Shown one piece after another: positions 14,601-24,867 of a stretch of 64,000 nucleotides of DNA. Source of the stretch: Bigelowiella natans CCMP2755 (taxonomy: Eukaryota > Protista > Cercozoa); NCBI GenBank assembly GCA_000320545.1, contig ADNK01003147.1:1-64000 (forward strand). Direction: 5' to 3'. A program made the position numbers and the translations under genes. Each line of letters opens with the position of its first letter. Position 1 is the stretch's first letter. Below the pieces are notes generated by a model, which had not been told where the DNA came from, did not search any database, and saw only the letters and a program-made list of their open reading frames with translations.

Positions 14601-16758
14601 AATGAGATTACAAGAGCATTGAGTTTGAACGCAATTTGTTGTATTAGTGGATGAGGAGAATAGAGACGACTCGGACAGCGACGAGGGTCCCAATAACATC
14701 CAAGCTGGTGCGAAGTCTCTCCTATCTACAGCCCAGGCTAAATTTTTGCCCACAGTCCCCATAGTGGAGGAGGGCAAGCGCGCGAGACGGTCCATTGCGG
14801 AGCATGTAGGAACCTGATGAGCATATATCCCGTTAGAATAGATGACGAATGAAAATAACTCGTGATGGCTAAGTCCGCGCCCAACGGGAGCGTTCTAATT
14901 CCACACCTTCCACTGCTGCGTGTTTATTGTTCTCGCAGGGCGCTACTGGTGGAGCTGCAGCTCTCGGTGGAATCGTTGGTAGAGAAATGGGGAAAAACTT
15001 TGCCAAAAGGCAGCACAGCAGCGATAAGTCGCGCTCCGCCAGAGAAGGCAAAGAGAGCTATAACATGCTAGGTCGCCGGCAAAGCGCTTCATTGGGAACG
15101 GATTCCCCCATCTTACCCTTGAGCTCTACTAATACAACGTTAAGGAAGAACGGGTGGGTTGACGCAAGCTCGGACCTCTCGTCAAGATCGTACGATCGAG
15201 CTACCCAACACAGTAGAATTCACTCTTCCAACGCCTCTTCTTCCGGGCTCGTGGTTGCTATTCAAAAGTCTCAGGTTTGTACGTTAGATCTTCAATAACT
15301 CACTCTTCTCGTGAGAGAGCTCGTACTTGTTTTCACCACGAATTCATTGCCAATGGGCGGCATGCTGGTGTGCATTATCAGAAGCCGGAAAAGCACAGAT
15401 TGAACAGAATCTCAACAATGCAGACGCAGAAAAGCCGTCGAATGCTCTCCCGGCGAAGTTCTACACGTTTTCAGCTGAACGTGTTTCCCAAGGACAGCTT
15501 CGTTCCATCCCGAAATAATCTCAAGCTTCCTCCATTCTGGTGACCATCATGCACTTGTAGATTGAGATCTCTGACGAGCGCTCTACTCATCCTCCTTGCA
15601 GTCGCTCAAACTCGTCGTTTTACCTCACACTGGTTGGTTGATATGAACTTAAACAGGACTCGCAAAGACACGTATATTATCGTTGCCTTCACCATATTCA
15701 TTCTGGGCGCTGTATTTATGCTCGCGGCGCTTTCTTGGCAGTACCGGTGCTCTAATCACACCAGACGAAACACTGTTTTTCCTTCTCTTTTGCCTCGTTT
15801 AAACCCTGAATGAAGTCATCTCGCACGACGATGCCATAGTAGCAGCCTGTTTAGTGAAGCCATTTCAACCATGCGTGTTTCTATGTTGTGTAGCGACTCG
15901 AACGATTCGTCGGTGGTGGCTGCGTTGACGGCATTTGGGGAGGACATTTTGTTCCGAACTTTCATAATTATAACCGTGGAAGCTGTGCTGCTTTTACCAT
16001 GCTGTTGTCAAAGCGGAGGTGGACAAGTGCTCGGGCCTTCGGCAGTGGCTCCTAGGTCTCCTTTCTGCTAGATTGCTGCGTGAATAAACGATATGAGGAG
16101 TTTTGGTGATTGTTATTGTACTCCTTTTCCTCTGTAAGTGGTATTCGTTGTTGTTTTTCTGTGTTTGTGCGTTGATGGCAATCACGTTGTTGTGCGTTGC
16201 CCAAGTGGTTCTTGTGCGCGTTGTGCTTGCACCAATGCTCAGCGGAATGTTCATCGCTTTTGCTAATAGAGAGGACTCCAGGAGCTTCTACCTGCAGCCA
16301 GATGTAAACTATTTTCGATACGACAAAGCTGCGGTGCTCGTCACGGTCACGCCGCAAGGTGAGATCATCGGACTTCGACGAGGGTGGAAGGTATGAAGTA
16401 AACATGAGATATACAGCTACACTCTCAATCCGAAATGCCGGTTTAGGTGAAAAGCATAAACGGCGACAGTGTTTCAAACGGCACAGAGTGCTTTGCCAAG
16501 CTCCGAGCGGCGACGAAGATTGCGGGTCCTTTTGAGATCGAGTTTGACACGTCAGGAAGCCGGGAGAATTGGGTTTCCTCGCCCATCCTACCCGAGGGGC
16601 ATTTAGCAGCAAATGATCGAGGCAAGAAGCAGGAAGAAATGTCTTCGTTATCGTGCACGAGTTCCAACCTCTCGTTCTTCTCGAATCTGAAAGACCAGGA
16701 CCCTCGGCTCTTTTTGCCGCCTGGGAGAAACGCTTCCCGAGAGGTTGGTTGGCCATAG
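380..16758 (+). CDS. Multi-exon polycystin-1/REJ-like adhesion receptor: signal peptide, Ser/Thr/Pro mucin repeats, ~4 SRCR-like domains with TNFR-like Cys repeats, REJ, GPS, ~5 TM, C-terminal PDZ-like domain
   Basis: Signal peptide MRGRHLWPLLLLELLQHAQA (ATG 380). SRCR-like exons VRLRG..GLLEVYDAGDW..VVCKELDY (3361), RLSG..GRIEYLSSGFW..VCRILGY (~4170), VYFDGEW..RVCKDLGF (7153). REJ motifs PVIARIYGG..FDASASYD..FSWS (~9930) and YQWSC..PPSLGSCFARPESG (11040-11320). GPS CLFWQPETSTWSSRGV..VTCSASHLTAFS (~13240-13360) followed by a TM. PKD1-like KHTW/FSIIY..TSGKRLILL segment. Last exon VKSINGDSV ends at 16758. GT-AG introns throughout; exon boundaries not all resolved. Confidence 0.8.
710..2770 (+). 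repeat. Tandem array of 393-bp units (2 exons + 2 introns each) encoding a mucin-like stalk
   Basis: Near-identical sequence recurs at 1251, 1644, 2037, 2430 (period 393). Exons encode EPSLTPSASPRTGCPTSTLNPSKTPTE and APSACPSSSPRSLAPTVTNN..PITQ. A more diverged unit lies at ~710-1113. Confidence 0.95.
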
Positions 16759-17350
16759 CTGCGAATCTATCACTTTCCCAGCCCAAAATGTGTGTATTCG
16801 CCGGTATCTTTTTACCTGCAAAATATTGCGCCTCGGGGTTATTTCTGTTGGGTCGTGCGTGTTGCCTTGATGAATTTCACCATTTTCATGTTTTTTAACT
16901 GTGGAGTAGCCATGCAATGATACTTGTAGCGTGTATCCTTCCAAGATGAGTGAGTGAAAGGCTTAAATTCCAAGTTTTCGGAGGTTTCCATCCCTGCTGT
17001 GCTCAGTCGTTTATATATCTGTAAATTCTGTATTGTGTGATTGAAGCACTGAAATGTCAACTAAATTGTTTAGCCTTCGCGTCCTTCGACTGCCATGTTC
17101 TTCGGTTCACGATCCCGTCCAAGTAAATCGATTGCATCACAGAGTGCCCACGATGCCTTAAAATCTCCAAAGATGCATAGTCGCAGATTTTTAACATCAT
17201 GCCATTTCAAAGTTCTCCTCTAAGAGATGGCATGATCCCTTTCGATTGGGGAGTGATGAAACTGATTACAAAAGCTCGGCACATATTGTGGTCCCGTTTA
17301 CGACATGGGCTTCGCCTCATTTTCCAGCAATTGATCAAACGTTAACCTTT

Positions 17351-17389
<39 letters not shown>

Positions 17390-18097
17390 AAATTTGTGCG
17401 TTTCTCAGCGACGTCGGCAGGATTCAAATCTCTGCTTTCAACATTTCTTCGACTCCCTCCCGAAGAGGTATGCATCATCGTGCTTCTGGCTATGATGCCT
17501 GTCTCACGGTGATCTCACATTTCGCAATGTGCTACCTCTCAGGTGAAAGAGTTTGAAGTTGATTCATCCGACTCCTCGTCGGTTGGCCCGGAGCCTCAGA
17601 GCGATGAGGATGTTAAAATGAAAATTTGATGATGTTAAAATGAAAATTTGAAGTGATGAACATGCACCTTCATTGTGAGACCAGTTTGTCGCATGCACGC
17701 ATGTAGACATGCGTGTGTGAAAGGCGTGGTGCATCAGGTGTATCTGTCCGGCCAAATCGAACTCATCCCCTCAAAAGAGCGCAGCGCAAGCCGAGTCGTT
17801 CGCTGCATCCATGCTGATCGACATCACGTCCGGTGTGCTTTTGCAAGTAATGATCATGGACATGTGACACCGTGTGCATCTGTCAAAATGACAACAAATC
17901 ATCATAACCGCCAATGGCTGCGTGCGAAGCACATCCTCGCAAAGCAATGCGACCGTGACATGTGACACTACGCACAGCCCTGGCTGTGCCAATGTCTGTG
18001 GTTGCATCGAATGCAAAGCTTTGCACCGAAAAATGTCAATCCTGTGTTGCATGCAACAGCATGATGGAAAGGCATCGAGCTTTGCCCCAAATTCGCT

Positions 18098-19600
18098 TCA
18101 CACACTCTTTGCAGATGCAAAATTTTTTTGTGTCATCCGTCTTTTTCCTGACCATAGCTCTCGTTCCCTCACCTTCCCCCTCTCCCCCTCCTCGTGCATT
18201 GAATCTGAAGAACTAGAAGAACCATCATGACCATGAGAAATGTTGTCGCTCACGTTGTCCGGCGAAACTTCTTGTAGTGGGGGAAGCTCCCTAAAAGCAC
18301 CATGCAGGTAAAGGTGTTCAGCATGAACATCATTTTCATGACCCGTAGCGATGTCAAGTACAATGTGCGTATTCCCCTTCATGCTCTCCGACACAATCGT
18401 GACTGGCCCCGTCTCATTGACTTGGCACTTTTCAGACACAGCATTCTGGCTTCCATCATCTTTGCGATGTAACCAAACGAGATCTCCGACATTGAAAGAA
18501 TCCTGGACGGCAAGCTTCTCATTGCGCCGAATTTTTTTTGCAAGCTCATGATCCTCCTTGAGCGTAGCACAAAGTAAACGAATTTTTTCAAGCCCCTGGA
18601 TGCGTTCATCCAGCTGAACCACATCCGGGGCACCAAGGCTTTTAGCCTTCACATCCGCGAGGAATTTTGGTTGATGTCCAAATGAAAGCCTCGCGGGAGA
18701 ACATCCATTTTTGTCGGTTGTGGTGTTTGCACTAAAGGTGATCATCTCCAGGCACTGCTGCCAGTTCGTCCTCTCGTCAAGGTTCTGGAGCAGCATGGAC
18801 ATGATCCCATTGTTGATGGCTCCATGCTTTCGCTCCAGAACCGAGTTCCCTTGGCTGTTCTTCGCCGAGATTTTGAGAAACTTTAGCCGCAGCCTGTTCT
18901 GCAAATGTGTCATTGCACTTCCTGCATTTTCTGGGCCCTGATCCATCAGGATCTTTTGGGGCAACCATGCTGCAGAATGCAAGCCATGATGAAATCTGCA
19001 GTCTTTGCTGAGCTAGTCCTTTTGACAGCCCGCGTGCAAATGCATCCAATGGCCACAACACAAAGCGTTTGGATGCAATGTTTGGTTCCTTCAACTGGAC
19101 CAATGGCATCCACTGCGATGGTGCCATTCAGCTCATTGTCAGCACGTTGCTGGTGAGGGGTCTGCCTCACACAAGTCTCAGTCCGCATGCACACTTGGCA
19201 GTCCCTTGCAAATTGTCGGCAATCTCGCTGCAGCCCGGGCCAATGACAAGTGCGCAAAACCCGGGCAGCCAAATCATTCGCATTGCGATGATTTGACACG
19301 TTGTCAATGTGGCAGCAAGCCTGCATCACTTTGATGCGATCTGCAGCTGGGACACACAGCTGCAGCGGGATGCTTCCTCCAACTTGGAAAGCTCCCACGT
19401 GACGCAGCGCACCATCCACGACCTTGCACCGCGAGCGCACCAGCAAGTGGTTGGCGCTGTCCTTGTCCCTCAGCGCAGCAATCACTTTTCCAAAATCCTG
19501 TTCTTGTTGCGCCAGCTCACACTCCGGCAACAGCGACTCCATGCGCACTTCCATTGCCCCACACTCCAACGTGGGCGCAATGCTGCACACAGATGCACAG
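18098..19600 (-). mobile_element. Degenerate Ty3/Gypsy-type (or Ginger-like) DDE integrase, frameshifted and hypermutated
   Basis: HHCC zinc finger H..NH...CHWPGLQRDCRQFARDCQVC. Catalytic core VDAIGP / DQGPEN / GNSVLERKH. NWQQCL..FSANTT..GCSPARLSFG and a GPY/F-like FNVGDLVW..GPVTIV. Frameshift at ~18960. No RT or LTR recognised. Confidence 0.85.
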
Positions 19601-20098
19601 GCCACGTGAAAATCTGTCATGGTCTCATGCGCCAAACATGAAGACAGAGATGCTTCCTTTGTGCAGCATGCAGGAGACTTTGCAGCTTCCATGTGCACAG
19701 GAAATGAAGCCTCCAATGCCGGTGCTGCTTCGACACTGGTCTGACAAATGACGAAGTGCCAACACAGAGTGGTCTGCAATGAACGTGTGCATGTGTGCAT
19801 GTGCATTTTTCTCACTTCAAAACGTGTTCGTGATGATGTTGCGTGTTCGACGTGTGCATGCAAAGTGTGAGGCGGTTGGTGCAATGCGCATCAATTCTGG
19901 TGCACAATGTGCAGTCAACAACAATGAAAACAATTTCCCAAAGTCAAGTGAAGTGCATCAGAGCAACACGAAATGCGACGGCCATGGCCGTGCGTCCATT
20001 TGTTCATCTCTCCTCACTGAAATGCACAGCTTTCGTGCATGTTCGCACGTGCACTAGTTCTCTTCACTTTTTGACAGGTGAAGTGTCAGGCTGCATCC

Positions 20099-23000
20099 TC
20101 ATTTCTTTCCATGTCGACCTTTCCCTTTTGGGTTTCTCGGCTTTTGCAGTGATGCGTCTCCTCCTACCCTTCCTTCCTTTTTTTTCATTTTTTTGCATTT
20201 CAACATCAGTGAGGACATCATGGCTTTGCATTCGGAACCATCATCATGCATTTGGCAGGCAGAGTGCACGTCAAGAGCCTTTTCATGTTCCGTGATCGCC
20301 TCCGGGTACTTCCCCATCCCATCGTACACTCCGCCGATGTTGTTGTAGCTAGTCGCCACAGAAGGATGGGGTTTTTCCGTGCCGCACACCTTCAATTTCA
20401 TAGCAAGACTCTTCTTGCATTCCGTGAGCGCCTCCGGGTACTTCCCCATGCTTTTGCACACTCCGCCGATGTTGCCGTAGCTAGTCGCCACAGAAGGATG
20501 GGGTTTCTCCGTTCCGTACACCTTCAAATCTACATCAAGACACTTCTTGAATTCCGTTAGCGCCTCTGGGTACTTCCCCATCCTGTTGTGCACTGAGCCG
20601 ATGTTGCCGTAGCTAGCCGCCACAGAAGGATGGGGTTTCTCCGTGCCGCACACCTTCAAATCTATGTCAAGACACTTCTTGAATTCTGTTAGCGCCTCTG
20701 GGTGCTTCCCCATCCTTTTGTGCACTGAGCCGATGTTGCCGTAGCTAGTCGCCACAGAAGGATGGGGTTTCTCCGTGCCGTGCACCTTCAACCTCACATC
20801 AAGACACTTCTTGCATTCCGCAAGCGCCTCCGGGTACTTCCCCATCCTTTTGCACACTGAGCCGATGTTGTTGTAGCTAGTCGCCACAGAAGGATGGGGT
20901 TTCTCCGTGCTGTGCACCTTCAACCTCACATCAAGACACTTCTTGCATTCCGCAAGCGCCTCCGGGTACTTCCCCATCCTTTTGTGCATTGAGCCGATGT
21001 TGTTGTGGATGCTAGCTTTTTCTGGTTCTTTCCCTGTTTTTGATTTAGCAGAAACCAATGCTTTAGTTTCAGTTTCAGCGAGCTTGGCGCTCAATCTGAA
21101 CCAACATGAAGCTTCATCACAAAGGCATGCAACGTCACAGGCCTGTCCCAAAGCCCTTGCTAGCCGCCAACTGTGTTCTTCTTTGGAGGACTTGTGCAAC
21201 GTGGTTCCGTGCTGGAGCACTGCAGCCCATTCTTCCTGGCGGTCGTGAGAGTCACTGTGGTCTCCTCCGAAGGCAGTCAGGGCGTCAACCAGATTGGCAA
21301 TGTTGGTTTGTGGCTGCAGGTACCTCACCATCTCTTGCGCAACAGCGTGCATGTTTGCACAATTGGTTTCTCGGCTCCATTGTGTCAAGGAATGACGCTC
21401 TAGAAGCGCCAACGCGTCGCGAACGTCTTCGTCCTCTTCAGAGACCGCCAGCTGCTTCTCGTCGTTCTTTTCATCTTCCGTGCAATCTTTGATGTCCTCA
21501 ACCTGATTGGGCGATTCGTCAAATTTCAGAAGAAGAACCAGTTCCAATGGAATGTTTTTCGGATCCAGGTACGCAAGCGAACGCAACAACGCGAGGCAGT
21601 CCACGCATGAACTTCCAGCGGTGTGCCCGATCGCGTCTGGATCCGACAGGCTTGACAGGCTTGACAGGCTCTCGCGGACCACTTCGACGATGCTCTGTCC
21701 GTGCCTGATGCTCTTGTTGGGGTTCTTGATCAGAAACCTTTTTCTTCCTGGAGACTGCTTCTTTCGCAAATTCTCGATGCGATCTGCTGCCTTGTGGTGG
21801 CCCATCTCTTTGCAGTGGCTGAAGAATTGCGCTGGGATCACGGGCACACCCGAGAACTCGGTTTTCAGGTGCTCCATGCAGTCCTTCGCATCTCTGTCTT
21901 TTGGGTCGGGCACTTTTGGGCTGAATTTGCGGGCGAACTGCACCAGATCTTCTTCGTCCATGAGCCCGTCAATCGGCCAGCGTTTGACGTCCAGACTCCA
22001 ATCGGTGGTTTTGCTGTTTCTGGACGTCAGGATCACGTGTCCTTTGTTCCCAGGTGAGAACTCAGCCATGTCACTGCAATCACCAACATCGTCGAACACC
22101 AGGAGGCAGCGTTCAGTCTCGATTCGTTCCCTGATGGTTTGGACAGCCGATTTGATGTCCTTTTTGTCAACAACGTGCAGGCCTGGGATGTTCTTCTCAG
22201 CGATGCGCGTGCACCCGATCTTCAGCTGCTCAGTTGTTTGGCAATCTAGCCAAAACGCGTGAGAGCATTGACCGGTCTCAATGAGGGCGTCGAACAATCG
22301 GACGGCCAACTGGCTCTTCCCAATGCCCCCATGGCCACAGAGCAGATGCGCTTGTTTGCTGGCATCTTTGAGTTCATGCAGAACCTGCTTGACCACTTTC
22401 TCCCGCCCAACGAAGAAAGACACTTGGTCTGGGCCGGGGATGAGCGTCATTGAAGCTCGAAGTCTCATCTGAAATTTGATTTGAAAACGAAATGTGCACA
22501 CACAGATGTGAAGATCAAGTTTCAGATGCCATGGGGTTTCCTCGTGGAAAGGAGGGAAGGTGAATGGGGGATGGGTCCTGTGCCGACCGAGGGGGGAGGG
22601 AAAAAAAAATGTCGGCGTGTTTTTGTGCAGATGCACAATGAACTGAACGTTGTGAAGACATGAATGTGCAGCGTGCATCCTTGCCAACCTTCACGTCTGC
22701 GAACATGCATGTCCAATGGATGCATCTGTCAACCCAATCCGCCAACATCGACTCCAAAAAGCAACGACACCTTTGCAAAGCGTTGAAAAATGGCAAGATT
22801 TTGGGCCCTGAGTGGCAATGAACTTCGAGTGCAAATGTCTCAGAAACAGTTTCTTGAATCGCTCCTTGTGTGAAGGTTTCATCTCCACAGCCTGCAAGCA
22901 AACGTGTCAATTGCTGCTTGAACCGAAATGATGATGATGACAATTTTTCACAATGATTGACTCTGATGGAAGATCATTTTGAACCTTGCAACAAGGGCAA

Positions 23001-24076
23001 TCAATTTTCTTCCTTGACGTGGTGAACAGCAATGGAGATTTGCTGATCTTTGGAATCTGGTGAAGTGCTTGCGGTCCAAGGAAATTGGATGCGTTGTCGC
23101 AAATCTGAAACGCAAAATTTTCACCTGGGTTCAACCTCAACACTGGAAACCCTCACAATGTTCATCCATTCAAACGAAAAAGGTGCCAGTGAGATTCGTT
23201 TTTCTTTTTCATCTTTGAGCGAATGGAGAGGATCTCCTGCTGTCAAATGGTGGCTTTTATCGGAACATCTAGACATGTCGTTTTTGCAACCGCCGATGAA
23301 ACACCCTTTTCATCAGCAACACCGGCAAGGTCCACCTGAAGAAAAATTGCCATGACCGTTGCGAGTGTGCTGACAACACCTCGAACGAACACGAATTGTA
23401 TTCGAATGAAATCTTGCATCCATTTCATGTGCACAGAACAAACCCATCTCATGTGCGCGTGCACACATGCACGGAAAACATGATCAGGACCCAATAGATA
23501 GCATCTGGCCCGTCGTTGTCATGCCACATGGACCGGGCTACCACCTCCGCCAAAACAGATTTCCCGCTGCCCTTCCCACCCACGATTTGGATCCATTGAG
23601 TTGCAAACGTTTTCTTGAAAACAGCATGGTCGTTCTTCATGGAAAGCCTGCAATTTTCCAAGATTTCACGATGCTGCTTCTTCACCACATCTCGTGAGAA
23701 GAAAGACCCAGGATCTGGATCTGGGATCCATCCGGTTTTGGGCTCGATTTGTTCCAACTCCCTGAACTCGCATGTCACGTTGTGAGTTTCATCGTTGTCA
23801 GTGGACCGGGGCAGAAGTGTCAATTTGTCCACTTCATTCTCAGCTAAATCTGCCCAAAGGAGCTCCTCTTGCACTTCCTGATTGATGTTTTCTTCCTCGC
23901 AGAAGATCCGAAAGTCTCGTTCTGCCTTCCACTTTGCATTGCATGTTGTGCATTGCGCATGCAGAGACTTGAGTTTTTCCTCGAGCTTGGCTGCGATCAA
24001 TGATGGCTTGGGATGCTCCTCCAGGTGAAAAAGCGCTCGGGATGCTCCTCCAGGTGAAAAAGCGCTCGGTTTTTGC
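20099..24076 (-). pseudogene. Truncated, TpA-hypermutated paralogous copy of the NLR-like gene (STAND NTPase, NB-ARC, 6 TPRs)
   Basis: Colinear with ~29900-33204. Lacks SAM and most of CHAT1, has a ~180-bp deletion near 22670 and an altered splice donor (ACTG/gtacc -> ACTG/gcacc). Conserved Tyr are replaced by Cys/His (EYKK->ECKK, KVYG->KVHG/KVCG). Confidence 0.9.
24010..24070. repeat. ~29-bp tandem duplication at the breakpoint of the duplicated NLR segment
   Basis: GGATGCTCCTCCAGGTGAAAAAGCGCTCG occurs twice in tandem here but once in the source copy (~33170-33198). Homology ends a few bases later. Confidence 0.9.
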
Positions 24077-24867
24077 GAGCAGCATTCTCTCCCTCCCTCA
24101 CATTCCAACGTGCTTGGCACTGTTGTCAGGGTGGTGCTCGCGCATCGAGGTGTGGCTGCTCTAGCGGCAGCATGCAGCAGCAGCGGCAGAGCCATTTCAT
24201 TCTGAGTTGATGCGTGTAGCCGTCCCAGAATGATGAGCGCCTTCTTCTCACGTGCTTCCAGGGAGCAGCGTCGGGGATTCGCACATCCACAGCAAGGCGA
24301 TGAGAGCAACATCGGCTTTCATCTTTGAGTTTCGATTTTGAAATGTGTCGGAGACGCTTTCGATCTCGACTTGTTCGTGGTCGAAACAACGGCACCAGCA
24401 TGTTCATGCTTTGTTCCCAACTCATGGAGATGACAAGCGCGTGGTGACATGATCGATGATGACAGGATGTCAAGATTCACGCGCTAGCAAGCTGTTGCGG
24501 CGCAATGACGTGCAGCACGTCTACATGCAACGAACAACGTCGATGAGGAGTTCATTCTATTCTAGTAAGTGGCGATTTGCAAGCTAGAAAGGCTTGCGCG
24601 CTAGCGCGTCTAGATGCAACTAAAGATGCGTGCTCCACTGCTCGCTTGCTTGGCCATGCAATGCAGCATGTCGAGATGCGCCATCACAACAAAGCACACC
24701 AACTACCAGTTGGGCCATTTCTGTTCTGAGTCTGAGCAAGTCAGGCTTGCCAACACGTTGATGTCAAGGATCAAAACACAACGACTACAATCTACCCGTT
24801 GCATTCTGCAGGTGCAGCTGTTATACTGAGTTGGACAACAGTTTGGTGAACTCTGTTGAAGGTCTTT

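Noticed and set aside
17400-24800. CpG methylation decay as the source of excess TG/CA
   Set aside because: Aligned sites have TA, not CG, in the less-mutated copy, and CpGs are conserved between copies (e.g. cgcgtcgcgaacg).
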